From: Myxococcota bacterium
GTDB taxonomy: Bacteria > Myxococcota_A > Polyangia > Nannocystales > Nannocystaceae
Length of the DNA: 64,000 nucleotides
Assembly (NCBI GenBank): GCA_039028615.1
Contig: JBCCHT010000023.1
Coordinates: 96,001-160,000, forward strand
Reading direction: 5' to 3'
In this document: positions 1 to 9,684 of the stretch, piece after piece
How positions within the stretch are numbered: the stretch's first letter is position 1
Layout: every line of letters starts with the position of its first letter
Notes under the pieces: generated by a model
Seen by the model: the letters and a program-made list of their open reading frames with translations, nothing else
Told to the model about the DNA's origin: nothing
The model's database searches: none
Translations under genes and position numbers: made by a program

Positions 1-2
1 TG

Positions 3-689
3 GCGCTGGCCTTCGCGTGCCGCGACGGGGCGGGGCCGGGCCTCCGACGCTTCGAAGCCACGTACTTTCACGAGGTGAAGGTCGGCGCCTCCCGCCTGGG
101 CTGCACCGAGGACGAGCTCGATCAGATCCGGCAAGCCACTCGCGAGGCGCTCTTCGGCCCGGGCCCAGACGGTCGGCCCAAGCTCCTGGCCATGACGGCG
201 CGCGGCGAGCTCCGGGCGCTCATCCGTTTGATCGCGCTGCGAGCGGGGATTTCCCTGCGACGCAAGGAGCAGCGTCATACCGGCGACAGCGACGACGCCC
301 TGCTCGCGATCGACGACCTGGGCGCCACCCCGTCGCTGGCCGTGGTGAAGGACCAGCACCGCGAGCGCTTCGCCGAGGCGCTGCGGGCCGCGGTGGCTCG
401 GCTCGACGTGCGCGCGCGGACGCTGCTGCGCATGTACGAGATCGACGGGCTCGACCAGCGCGCCCTGGCCACCATGCACCGGGTCGATCGCTCCACGGTG
501 GCGCGGTGGCTGGCCCGCGCTCGTCAGGACCTGCTGGCGCACACCCGCCGCGAGCTCGCCGAGCGCTTCGGCGTGCGCCACGGAGAACTCGACAGCTTCC
601 TCGACGTGCTGCGCTCCGGCTTCGACGTGAGCGTCTTTCGCTTCCTGCGGCAGCACGACGCCGACTCGAGCGATCCCCCCGCCCGATGA
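3..689 (+). CDS. Myxobacterial sigma-70/ECF-like factor (TIGR03001-like), 5'-truncated by the window edge
   Basis: Open from position 3 (ALAFACRDG...ALRRF-like start). Contains RGELRALIR and a C-terminal HTH (LATMHRVDRSTVARWLARAR). Paralogous to 12510..13445. Confidence 0.8.
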   Translation, partial: ALAFACRDGAGPGLRRFEATYFHEVKVGASRLGCTEDELDQIRQATREALFGPGPDGRPKLLAMTARGELRALIRLIALRAGISLRRKEQRHTGDSDDALLAIDDLGATPSLAVVKDQHRERFAEALRAAVARLDVRARTLLRMYEIDGLDQRALATMHRVDRSTVARWLARARQDLLAHTRRELAERFGVRHGELDSFLDVLRSGFDVSVFRFLRQHDADSSDPPAR

Positions 690-692
690 GCG

Positions 693-2465
693 TCACTGAC
701 CGGCTTGGATTCCCAGCCGCCCGGCGCCCTCGATCACCTGGTCCTCGACCCAGCGCAAGAACTCGGGGCTGGGTGCGAAACCACTCCCCAGTTCATACTC
801 GAGCCCTTGCAGGAGCTTGCGCTCCGGGCCTTCGAGGGTCGTGCGTGCGGGGATGACCAGAACCCGTCCGTTTGCGCTCCCGCGCTCGACGATCCCTCGA
901 ATCCGCTCGATCTCCGGACCGCGCTTTTTCGGCCAGTCTTCGCGCCAGGTCCCAATCTCGATCGCCCGAAAGTCATTGCCCCCCTGTTCCTTCATCTGGC
1001 GAGCGAGCGACTCGAGGACCCTGTTCCAGTGGTCGTTGTCCTCATCCTCGCCGGCCCCGTGTGCCACGACGAGGACCGTCTCCCGGCTCGGGTCTCGGGA
1101 CAACGCGCGAGCACGCCCGAGCAACGCGCCCGCGAACAAGGCGTCGTCCTCGATCCCTCCGACGCTCACCATGTGAGCCGTGCTTCGAATCCGCGGTCCA
1201 TCGTTCATGCCGTGGTGCCCGTGACCGCCGCGGGCCCTCCGGGAGCGTCCGCCGTGCTCGTGGTGCATGCCGTGCCCATGATGTCCGCCCTCGACGTCCT
1301 GGCCGAGCATGCGATCGACGGTCGGCACGAAGCTGGACTCGAGCCCGAACACGCGCACCACGACGATGGCCGACGCGCCCCGTGCTTCGAGGCGACGTAC
1401 GGCCTGCTCGACCACCGGCCGATCCGCCATCGAGAACGCGAACTCGACCTTGTACTTGGCGGTCAGCGGCTCGACGGCGTTCCTCATCGTCTCGTTCCAG
1501 TCGAAGGTCGCGCCATGGGCCAGGAACACCACCCCCAAGTCGTCGATCGTGAGTTCGCGGTGACGGTTCAGCTCGCGCTGCATCCACTGCGCCACGGCGG
1601 GATGAGGCAGCACGTCACCGCCGACGTATTGCGAGCGGCGGGGAAGGTAGCGCTTCACGAACCCCGAGATCGACATCATCGAGTCGAGCTTGATCCCGAG
1701 GTTGAAGGGCACCACGGCCGTCCGGCCGAGCCGAAGCATCTCTCGCGCAAACTCGCGGGTCACCTCCTTGCGGCGCTCCTCCTCGTCGGGCGAGTCGTAC
1801 TCGTGCCAGACCAAGCTGCGGACCCGACGCAATCCCAGACCCGCGGAGGCATGCTTCGCGATGCGATCGAGATCGGCTTGCATGGCCACCCGCTGCTCTG
1901 GCGTGAGGGCGCCGTAGGAGAGCAGCACGGTGTTGTGTCGCTTGGGCTTTTCGATCTGCCGCAGGCGCTCCGCGAGGATCTCCACGGCGAAATACGACTC
2001 ACCGAAGGGCGCGGACCACTTCGCTCCGACATCGGCAAGGAGGGCCTTGGCCTCGACGAACCGCGGGTGGTCGTCGGAGATGAACAGGGGCAAGACCACG
2101 ACCGAGTCCGACGCGAGGTGGTCCAGGGCGCGGCGTAGCTTGGCGTCGTCGCTCTTCCCCGTGAGCAACACGAGCTGAGCCCGGGCCCCGGTCGCAGCCA
2201 CGAATTCGCCGACCGAATCACGAAGCTCCTCATTGCCCATGAAGCCGCGATCGGCCGCGATCACGAGGACCGGAGGCAGCGACACCTCGACGGTCTCGGA
2301 GGCGGATTCATCGGCGGGCGGTGCCGGCTGTGGCTGTGGCTGTGGCTCCGCTGCCTCGGGAACGGCTCGAGGGGGCGCCGGCTCGGTCGGCGGAGCCACC
2401 TCGTCGGCCGGGGACGCGAACATGGTGACGAGGGCAAAGGCGAAGGCTCGCGTGAGTCCCAGCAT
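693..2465 (-). CDS. Exported CbiX/SirB-like (class II chelatase fold) metal-binding protein with His-rich insert
   Basis: Signal-like N-terminus MLGLTRAFAFALVTMFA, Pro-rich linker, chelatase-type motifs VVLPLFI, VVFLAHG and VLVVAHG, and insert HHGHGMHHEHGG...HGHHG. Start taken at the ATG at 2465. Confidence 0.7.
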   Translation of the reverse strand: MLGLTRAFAFALVTMFASPADEVAPPTEPAPPRAVPEAAEPQPQPQPAPPADESASETVEVSLPPVLVIAADRGFMGNEELRDSVGEFVAATGARAQLVLLTGKSDDAKLRRALDHLASDSVVVLPLFISDDHPRFVEAKALLADVGAKWSAPFGESYFAVEILAERLRQIEKPKRHNTVLLSYGALTPEQRVAMQADLDRIAKHASAGLGLRRVRSLVWHEYDSPDEEERRKEVTREFAREMLRLGRTAVVPFNLGIKLDSMMSISGFVKRYLPRRSQYVGGDVLPHPAVAQWMQRELNRHRELTIDDLGVVFLAHGATFDWNETMRNAVEPLTAKYKVEFAFSMADRPVVEQAVRRLEARGASAIVVVRVFGLESSFVPTVDRMLGQDVEGGHHGHGMHHEHGGRSRRARGGHGHHGMNDGPRIRSTAHMVSVGGIEDDALFAGALLGRARALSRDPSRETVLVVAHGAGEDEDNDHWNRVLESLARQMKEQGGNDFRAIEIGTWREDWPKKRGPEIERIRGIVERGSANGRVLVIPARTTLEGPERKLLQGLEYELGSGFAPSPEFLRWVEDQVIEGAGRLGIQAGQ

Positions 2466-2495
2466 CCGGTGCCCACTAGCGCACTCGCTCCTAAA

Positions 2496-2510
2496 TGAAA
2501 ACAGTTTTCT
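2496..2510. promoter_or_regulatory. Fur-box-like 7-1-7 inverted repeat
   Basis: TGAAAAC-A-GTTTTCT in an AT-rich patch about 30 bp upstream of the CbiX-like gene. Confidence 0.55.
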
Positions 2511-2632
2511 TTTCGAGCTACGAGAATCCCCTTCAGGATCGACCACGGAGATTCTTGGGCCCCCGAATGATTCAGGCTTTCAAAGTTTGGGTCGAGGGTG
2601 CCCGATCGATGCGAGCACCCCCGACTCGTTCT

Positions 2633-4237
2633 TCAGTAAACGTCGGTTCGATAGCGGCCCGTCTCGACGAGCTGGCGTACGTACGCCTCGCCATCACAGT
2701 CGCCGTGCTCATGCGCCACCTGGGCGAACGCGGCCGCCACGGCTGGCGCCATGCTCTCCGCATCACCGCACACGAAGACGTGAGCGCCCTCCGTCAACCA
2801 CGTCCACAGCTCTCGACCGCGCTGAAGGATCTTGTGCTGGACGTAGACCTTCTCCTCCCGATCCCGAGACCATGCGAAGTCGGCACGATCGAGCACGCCG
2901 CGCTGCAGCCACGACGCGATCTCCTCGCGATAGAGAAAGTCGGTGGCCCGGTGCTGGTGCCCAAAGAACAGCCACGTCGCCGTGTCCATCTTCGCGGATT
3001 CGACCTCCTCGAGGTACCCACGGAAGGGGGCGATCCCCGTCCCCGGCCCCACCATGATCACTTTGGCGGCGTCGCGAGGGAAATGGAAGCTGGCATTGGG
3101 CACGAAGTGCATCGCCACGCGGTCGCCGACCTGCATGTCGTCGGCCAGCCACCCCGATGCGACGCCACGGAGCTCACGGCCGCGATGTCGATAGCGAACG
3201 GTCTCGATCGTGAAGGCCACGCGCTCGGGGTCCTTGGTCGGAGACGAGGCGACCGAGAACAAGCGCGGCTGTAGCTTGCGCAAGTTGTCGACGAGCACCT
3301 GCGGCTCGACCCCCGAAGCGTCCTGCTCGGTGAGGACATCGATGAGTCGACGACCGCGGACATAGTCCTGGACCGCTTCCTTGTCGCCCTCGCTCGCTCT
3401 GCGAGCGGGCCCCGATGCGCAGGAAGGCAACGCAGCGATGGTTTTGATGAGGTCTGAGCGCAGCTGAGCGAAACATGCCCCTTCGAGTGCGGCACGCAGC
3501 GAGCATGATTGACCGCGCCAATCGACGGGTTCGGTGCCGTCGAGCTTCAGTGCTTCGAGCACCGCCGCGACCTCCTCTTCACCATTGGGGGCGTGAACGC
3601 CGAAGCAATCGCCCACCTCGAACTCGACGTCCATCTCCGAGAGGTCGAGCTCGTAGTGCATCGTCTCCTTGGTCGAGCCCGGCTTGGACAGCAGGCGTTT
3701 GGCCAGGACCTTCGCGTGGGCAATACGCCCCGGCTGTCCCGCCGCAGGAGCCTCCGCGCGCGCTTCGGAGGCCGAAGGCTCTCCCTTCGGCGGATTTTCG
3801 TTCACATAGGCCAGGGCCGCATCCTTGAACTCGTCGAAGAACTCCTCGTACTCCTCGTCGCAGTCGACCCGGTCGAAGACCTCGTTCGCGCCGTGGCGAA
3901 GCATCTCGGTCTGGAAGTCCTTTCCACACTGCGCGAAGTTCTCGTAGAAGCTCGAGCCGAGACCGCAAACCGCGAAGCGAACCCCGGCCAGGTCCAGCTC
4001 TTCTTTCTGGAGGAACTCGAGCAGCTTCATCGCGTTGCTGGGGGGATCGCCGTTGCCATACGTGCTGGTGACGATGAACAAGAGCGGATGGTCGGCGAGC
4101 TCGCCCGGCTGGAAGCTCCCCATGTCGACCGACTGCGCCTGTCGACCCCGCTCGTTGATGGCCTTGGCCAGGAGCTCCGCGCACTCCTGAGCGTTGCCGG
4201 TCTCGGTCCCGAATAAGATTGGAATTGGGCGACCCAT
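2633..4237 (-). CDS. Diflavin oxidoreductase, CysJ-like (flavodoxin + FAD-binding + NADPH-binding)
   Basis: Flavodoxin motifs FGTETGNA, TSTYGNGDPP and FAVCGLG; FAD motif RLFSVASS; MVGPGTGIAPFRG; FVCGDA; terminal RYRTDVY. No cysI nearby. Confidence 0.9.
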   Translation of the reverse strand: MGRPIPILFGTETGNAQECAELLAKAINERGRQAQSVDMGSFQPGELADHPLLFIVTSTYGNGDPPSNAMKLLEFLQKEELDLAGVRFAVCGLGSSFYENFAQCGKDFQTEMLRHGANEVFDRVDCDEEYEEFFDEFKDAALAYVNENPPKGEPSASEARAEAPAAGQPGRIAHAKVLAKRLLSKPGSTKETMHYELDLSEMDVEFEVGDCFGVHAPNGEEEVAAVLEALKLDGTEPVDWRGQSCSLRAALEGACFAQLRSDLIKTIAALPSCASGPARRASEGDKEAVQDYVRGRRLIDVLTEQDASGVEPQVLVDNLRKLQPRLFSVASSPTKDPERVAFTIETVRYRHRGRELRGVASGWLADDMQVGDRVAMHFVPNASFHFPRDAAKVIMVGPGTGIAPFRGYLEEVESAKMDTATWLFFGHQHRATDFLYREEIASWLQRGVLDRADFAWSRDREEKVYVQHKILQRGRELWTWLTEGAHVFVCGDAESMAPAVAAAFAQVAHEHGDCDGEAYVRQLVETGRYRTDVY

Positions 4238-4269
4238 GTCGTGTCCTCTGACCCGAGGAATATATGAAA

Positions 4270-4286
4270 TTGATATTCGTTTTCAA
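4270..4286. promoter_or_regulatory. Fur-box-like site
   Basis: TTGATATTCGTTTTCAA; the core TGATATT-C-GTTTTCA matches TGATAAT-N-ATTATCA at 11 of 14 positions. About 33 bp upstream of the reductase ATG. Confidence 0.6.
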
Positions 4287-4377
4287 CATAATCTAGCTCA
4301 CCGCGTTCTCGCCCTTCGCCCTTTTCCGCACAATCACTCCCCTGCGTGGCCAACAGGAGGACAGGGAGTGGTGACGC

Positions 4378-5448
4378 ATGCGACGACTGTGGCTGACGAT
4401 CGGGCTCGGAGCCCTCGGCGCGCTGGTGGGCTGTAACGGCGGAGCCGGAGACAACCCCTTCGACGATCCGACCACGGCCGCGGGGGCCACGGGCGACGAC
4501 CCCGGGCCGGACACCGACGGCACGCCATCGGGGGAGACCGGCTCGGCGCCGTCGGGGGACGCCCAGACCTCGAGCGAAGACGAGACGGGACCGAGCGACG
4601 ACGACGGCTCGGGGATCCTGCTGGACGTGGGCTCGCCCGATACCGACGGCCCGCCCACCAAGGGTGGCGACGGCTGTGCGTTCATCGACGTGTTGTTCGT
4701 CGTCGACATCTCGGCGTCGATGATCCAGGAGAAGGACAACCTCGCGGCCAACTTCCCCGACTTCGTGCAGGTGCTCGACGACTACATCGCCGACCCCAGC
4801 AGCAACGCGACGGGCTATCGCCTCGGGGTGACCAACTCCTCGGTGGTCGACAACGGGGCCAACCAGTCGACGATGGGGCTCGACGGCGAGCTCTTCGACG
4901 GCACGCCCTTCATCGGCGACTGCGGCACGGGCGGCTCACCGTGGCTGGACGGCCCCTCGCCGAGCATCACCGCCAACTTCAACTGCCTGGCGCCCGACCC
5001 CCGCTCCGATTGCGCCTCGTGCTCCGATTTCGGGCACGAGCGCCCGCTCGACGTGATCGAGATGTTCATCGAAAAGGCGGCCCCGGGCGGCGTCAACGAT
5101 GGCTTCTACCGCGGCGAGGATGCCCTGCTGGTGGTCGTGCTGCTCACCGACGAGGACGACGACGCGATGTTCTCGACGACCACGCCGGGCGCGACGAAGG
5201 CGGCCCTCGATGCGTTCGTGGGCGGCGAGGAGCGCCACGTGGTGGTGACCATCGCGGGGCCGGAGGCGGGCAGCTGCAACTCCGCCTTCGGATCCGCTTC
5301 GGCGGCGCCACGCCTGCACGAGTTCACCAACGCGTCGCCCAACGGGCTGATGGGCGACATCTGCCAGGGCGATCTGGCCGACCCGCTCGCCGACGCGCTC
5401 GCGCTCATCCAGCTGTCGTGCGACGCCCTGCCGCCCCCCGCGGGCTGA
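4378..5448 (+). CDS. Myxobacterial vWA-like lipoprotein
   Basis: Lipobox LVGC, acidic/Gly/Thr linker, MIDAS-like DVLFVVDISASM, and LLVVVLLTDEDD. Confidence 0.8.
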   Translation: MRRLWLTIGLGALGALVGCNGGAGDNPFDDPTTAAGATGDDPGPDTDGTPSGETGSAPSGDAQTSSEDETGPSDDDGSGILLDVGSPDTDGPPTKGGDGCAFIDVLFVVDISASMIQEKDNLAANFPDFVQVLDDYIADPSSNATGYRLGVTNSSVVDNGANQSTMGLDGELFDGTPFIGDCGTGGSPWLDGPSPSITANFNCLAPDPRSDCASCSDFGHERPLDVIEMFIEKAAPGGVNDGFYRGEDALLVVVLLTDEDDDAMFSTTTPGATKAALDAFVGGEERHVVVTIAGPEAGSCNSAFGSASAAPRLHEFTNASPNGLMGDICQGDLADPLADALALIQLSCDALPPPAG

Positions 5449-5465
5449 CTCTCGAATCGGGCCCC

Positions 5466-5512
5466 GTGGCGGCTCGTGCCTCGACCCGGGACGGCGGGGC
5501 ACGAGTCGCCAC
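5466..5512. terminator. GC-rich hairpin between convergent genes (possible bidirectional terminator)
   Basis: gtggcggctcgtgcctcg pairs with cggggcacgagtcgccac (two G-U pairs). No strong U-tract. Confidence 0.45.
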
Positions 5513-5527
5513 ATCATCGACGCAGGC

Positions 5528-6559
5528 TCAGGCGTCGGGCTGATACCGGTGCCAGTTGAGCGCGTTGCTGCGGCTGACCAGGTCGTTGTAGGCGCGGCTC
5601 AGCTTGGCCGGCGTGCCGTCGACGGCGAACGCCCCCGAGCGCATGCGAATCTTCTCGTGGTCGGTGTAGGCCTTGTCGTCCCGCTTGCGGCGCATGAGTT
5701 CCTTGGCCGCGGTCTGCATGTCCCCCGCGGTATCGTGGAAGGTCGAGAAGATCGTCACCGTGCCCACCTCCTTGGGGTGAGCCTCGACGTACTCGTTCAG
5801 CTCCTTCAGCGCGGCGGCGTACTTGGCGATCGCGGCCTCGAACTTGGGCAGGTCGAGCTCGGGGTAGTCGGGCACGTCGCCGACCTTCAGCAGGGCCTTG
5901 GCCTCGGCCATCACGAGCGCGGTGAGGAAGCGAAGCTTGCGCCCGTCCTCCTTTTCCATGCGCTCGAGGTTCTTGCGCTGGATCTCGTCGTTGCGAACCT
6001 CGACCGCGTCTCGTAGCGCCCGATCGGCCTGCTCGAACGCCTTGAACGCCTCGGCCAGCTTCGGGTGGAACTCCTTGCCCTTGGCGAAGTCGTCGTCCAG
6101 GTAGTCCTTTTGATCGTAGTAGCGGTGGGCCTCGATGATCTCCGCCTGGGCCGTCTCGTAGGCGCCCTTCCAAGCCGTGGCAGCGGACTCCAGCTCTTCA
6201 TCCTTGGGCTCGGCCGCGTTCGAGGTGTCGATGCCCGTCAGGCACTTGTCGTCGCGCTTGACCTCGTAGAGGCCGTAGACGTTCTTCTCGGAGCCGGTCA
6301 CGCCCTTTTCGAAGTCGACCCAGCTGTAGTAGCGACGGATGGCGTCGTGCACGCGCGACGAGGCGTGGTTGATGCACTGGATGTAGCCCTGGAGCTTCTC
6401 GCCACGCTTGTCGTGCTCGCTGCGCTCGGGCGCGTCGGGGTTCGACTCCTGGCCCACGGCCATCTCCGCCCCCTTTTCCAGGGCGTCGGCGAAGTCACAG
6501 CCGGGCGAGAGCAGGGCGGCAGCGAGTAGAGAGACGAGGCTGAGTGTCGTGCGTTTCAT
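5528..6559 (-). CDS. YiiG/DUF3829-like helical lipoprotein
   Basis: Lipobox SPGC; motifs KLQGYIQCIN, YYDQKDYLDDDFAKGKEFH and C-terminal AYNDLVSRSN typical of the family. Confidence 0.75.
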   Translation of the reverse strand: MKRTTLSLVSLLAAALLSPGCDFADALEKGAEMAVGQESNPDAPERSEHDKRGEKLQGYIQCINHASSRVHDAIRRYYSWVDFEKGVTGSEKNVYGLYEVKRDDKCLTGIDTSNAAEPKDEELESAATAWKGAYETAQAEIIEAHRYYDQKDYLDDDFAKGKEFHPKLAEAFKAFEQADRALRDAVEVRNDEIQRKNLERMEKEDGRKLRFLTALVMAEAKALLKVGDVPDYPELDLPKFEAAIAKYAAALKELNEYVEAHPKEVGTVTIFSTFHDTAGDMQTAAKELMRRKRDDKAYTDHEKIRMRSGAFAVDGTPAKLSRAYNDLVSRSNALNWHRYQPDA

Positions 6560-6594
6560 GGATTGGTGAGGGCGGACGGGGCCGCCAGCGGTGA

Positions 6595-6676
6595 AGTGAT
6601 CCGGGGCCCCGAGGGGTTCACGACTTTTTTCGGCCCGGGGAAAAAGTCGGTGAACCCCCGAGGCCGTGGGGACACT
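6595..6676. promoter_or_regulatory. Palindromic divergent promoter candidate (GTGAACC-N16-CACT on each strand)
   Basis: Plus strand: GTGAACC 6650-6656 and CACT 6673-6676. Minus strand: GTGAACC 6621-6615 and CACT 6598-6595. Both are preceded by AAAAAGTC. Confidence 0.5.
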
Positions 6677-6741
6677 GGACGATCGGCGAGCCTTCCGCCC
6701 GCGTCGCTCCTGCCGATGCCGTTAGGCTTGCGGCCCCCGCC

Positions 6742-9684
6742 ATGCGCCCGCCCCCTCGACCCACCGCGCCGAACTCCGAGCTCGACGCCTTGCGTGCGCT
6801 CAAGCCGGTGGCGCAGCGCGGCGTCGAACGAGAAGCGGGGTTGGGTGCCGTGCTGGCGGTGGCCCTCGGGCACTCGCCGACTCCGCTGAGCGTGGGCCGC
6901 TTCTCGCTGCAGGAAAAGCTCGGCGAGGGTGGCATGGGCTCGGTGTTCGCGGCGTGGGATCCCGAGCTCGAGCGTCGGGTCGCGCTCAAGTTCCTGCACT
7001 CGGGGGACTCGGAGCGCGAGCGCGAGCACATGCTGGCCGAGGCCCGCGTCCTCGCGCGCTTTTCTCATCCGCACGTGGTGACCATCTACGACGTGGGCGT
7101 GGCCGATCGCCGCGTCTACTTCGCGATGGAGCTGGTCGAAGCGGGCAGCCTCGACGACTGGCTCGATGCGCACCCCGACGCGGGCGCGCCGACCCTGCTG
7201 CAGATCTTCGAGGACGCCGCCCGCGGGCTGGCAGCTGCTCACGCGCGGGGCTTGGTGCATCGCGACTTCAAGCCCCGCAACGTGCTCGTGGGAGACGACG
7301 GCCGGGCCCGGGTCAGCGACTTCGGCCTGGCCACGGAGGACGAAGGCGCTCACCCCACCGACGAGTCGCACCCCGCCTCGCCCACGGAACGAGCCGGCAC
7401 GCCCGACTACATGTCTCCGCAGCAGCGGCGGGGTGAACGAGTCGACGCCCGCGCCGACCAATACAGCTTCGCGCGGGCGCTCGAGCGCTGCCTCGAGCGG
7501 CTCGACGGGCCCGCGCTGCGGGGCCGATCGCGACGACGCCTCGACGCCCTGCTCACCCGGGCACTGGCCGAACAGCCCGAGGATCGCTTCGACTCGATGC
7601 AGGCGGTGATCACCGAGCTTCGCGCGATCCGCCGCCCCCGACGATGGCGACGTCGCCTGGCCCTGGCGGCGCTCGTACTGGGCGGCGGCGTGGTGGCCAT
7701 CGCTCGCAGTCCCGTCGATCCCCTCGACCAGTGCATGGACGGTGCGAACGCGCTGGCGGTGGCCACCGATCAGCAATGGCCCGCGATCACCGATGGCTTG
7801 TCGACGCAGCCGCTGGGCACCGACGCGCTCGCGGTCATCGAGGGCCCTCTACGCCGCTACGCCCAGACCTGGCGCACGGCGTGGACCGACGCGTGCCGAG
7901 CCACGTGGCGCGGCGGAACCCAATCGACGGCGGCGCTGGATCTGCGCCTGCAGTGCCTGGAGCAGCGCCGAACCCATATCCAGACCGTGCTCGAAGCGCT
8001 GACCCACCCCGACGAATCGCTCGCCGTGTCGGCTCCAGTCGTCGTGGGCACCCTGCCGGAGGTCGACGCCTGTGCCCGCGTCGATGTGCTCGCCCGGGAG
8101 GCACCCGAGCCCGATGCCTCGCCGCAGCGGGTCTTGGAGGTTCGTGCAGCCCAGCAACGCCTGGCTCGCGCCCGGGCTCGCTTCGAGGTCGGCGACTTCG
8201 ACGGGCTGAGCCCGCTCCTCGAGCAGGAGCTGGCCCGGGCGGAGCGACTCGACCACGCGCCCACCCTCGCGCAAGCGTTGTTGCTGCACGCCACGATGAT
8301 CGACGTGGGAGGCAATGCCGAACTGAAGGCCCCGCTGCGCCGCAGCTATGTGCTGGCCCAGCGCGCGGGTGACGATGCATCGGCCTTCGATGCCGCCCTC
8401 GAGATGTCGTCGTTCGCCGCCGACGTCGACGACGACTCCGCCCTCGCCGAGTTTTGGGCCGATACCGCCGAAGCGATCGCCGAGCGCATGGGGGCGACCG
8501 ACTGGGAGCGATTGCGGGTCGCCGATACGCGCGGGCGGGTGGCCATGACCACCCTCGACTACGCCGAAGCGGCCGCGCGCCTCGACGAAGCGAGCACCCT
8601 CGCCGCCACCATCTCCGACGCCCAGATCCCCCGCTTCATCGTGGAGATCAACCGCGCGCAGATGCTCGACCTGTCGGGGCACTCGGATAAAGCCCTCGAG
8701 GCCATCGAGTCCGTGCTCCCCGAGATGAAGGACAGGCTGGGTCCCTTCCACCCCTACGTCTTCAACGCCCGATCGACGCACGCCACGATCGCGCTGGGCC
8801 TCGAGCGACTCGCGGAGGCTCGGGCGGCGTACGAACAGCTACAGCGCGACTACCAGCGCTCGCCGCTACCCCATACCCGCGGCCGCATCGTGGTGGCCCT
8901 CAACCTCGGCGAGCTGGAGCGAAGGGCCGGCCGCCTCGAGCTGGCAGAGACCCACATTCGCACCGCGCTGGCGCTGCTCGACGAACACGAGGGCCCGGCT
9001 CGGCGCTACCGCACCGCCTACGAGAACCTCTCGGCGATCTTCGAGGCACAGGGGCGATACGAGGAAGCCCTCGATGCCCTGCGGCGCAGCGACGAGCACC
9101 TCCCCGCGGCAGAGCGAGAGCAACGGCCGGAGCTGGTGGCGCGCAGCCAGGCCACCGCCGGCATCATGCTCACTCGGCTGGGGCGCCTGGACGAAGCCGA
9201 GGACGCACTGGTCGCCGCTCAGGCGGCCGCCGACGAAGGGCTCGCCCCCGAGCACATCCACCGGGTCTATCTCGCCAACGCCTGGGCTCTGCTCGCGCTG
9301 CGGCGCGAGGACTGGACGACCGTGGCCGAGCATGCCCAGCGGGCCATCGATGGACTCGTCGCGACCGATGCGATCGAGCCCGACTTCTGGAGCTTCTCCG
9401 CGGCCATGCTGGCCGAAGCGCACCTCGAGCTGAACCAGATCGACCAAGCTCAGACGGCGCTCGACGAATCACCCGAGACGTCGCAGGAGCGACGGAGCAC
9501 CCTTGCGTGGACCCGATGTCTGCGGGCCCGCATCGCATGGGCACGCGGCGATCGAACGGCAGCCATCGATCACGCCCGCGCGGGAATCGAGGTACTGGCC
9601 GAGGCCGCCGGGGCCCAAGACCGCGAGCGACACGGGCGCTGCGTGCAGTGGCGAGACACCTACGAAGGCGCGTCGACGGGCTGA
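6742..9684 (+). CDS. Membrane Ser/Thr protein kinase with TPR sensor region
   Basis: LGEGGMG, VALK, HRDFKPRN, DFG, GTPDYMSP, one TM segment, then TPR-like repeats. Confidence 0.92.
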   Translation: MRPPPRPTAPNSELDALRALKPVAQRGVEREAGLGAVLAVALGHSPTPLSVGRFSLQEKLGEGGMGSVFAAWDPELERRVALKFLHSGDSEREREHMLAEARVLARFSHPHVVTIYDVGVADRRVYFAMELVEAGSLDDWLDAHPDAGAPTLLQIFEDAARGLAAAHARGLVHRDFKPRNVLVGDDGRARVSDFGLATEDEGAHPTDESHPASPTERAGTPDYMSPQQRRGERVDARADQYSFARALERCLERLDGPALRGRSRRRLDALLTRALAEQPEDRFDSMQAVITELRAIRRPRRWRRRLALAALVLGGGVVAIARSPVDPLDQCMDGANALAVATDQQWPAITDGLSTQPLGTDALAVIEGPLRRYAQTWRTAWTDACRATWRGGTQSTAALDLRLQCLEQRRTHIQTVLEALTHPDESLAVSAPVVVGTLPEVDACARVDVLAREAPEPDASPQRVLEVRAAQQRLARARARFEVGDFDGLSPLLEQELARAERLDHAPTLAQALLLHATMIDVGGNAELKAPLRRSYVLAQRAGDDASAFDAALEMSSFAADVDDDSALAEFWADTAEAIAERMGATDWERLRVADTRGRVAMTTLDYAEAAARLDEASTLAATISDAQIPRFIVEINRAQMLDLSGHSDKALEAIESVLPEMKDRLGPFHPYVFNARSTHATIALGLERLAEARAAYEQLQRDYQRSPLPHTRGRIVVALNLGELERRAGRLELAETHIRTALALLDEHEGPARRYRTAYENLSAIFEAQGRYEEALDALRRSDEHLPAAEREQRPELVARSQATAGIMLTRLGRLDEAEDALVAAQAAADEGLAPEHIHRVYLANAWALLALRREDWTTVAEHAQRAIDGLVATDAIEPDFWSFSAAMLAEAHLELNQIDQAQTALDESPETSQERRSTLAWTRCLRARIAWARGDRTAAIDHARAGIEVLAEAAGAQDRERHGRCVQWRDTYEGASTG

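Noticed and set aside
2326..2348. (ggctgt)n microsatellite as a phase-variation site
   Set aside because: A 6-bp in-frame unit encoding a PQ linker; slippage would not shift the frame.
2466..2632. Cobalamin riboswitch upstream of the CbiX-like gene
   Set aside because: No B12-box or GGGAA/GCCACTG signatures seen.
2633..4237. Calling this gene cysJ (sulfite reductase)
   Set aside because: No cysI/cysH in the window and a Fur-like box upstream; only the fold is supported.
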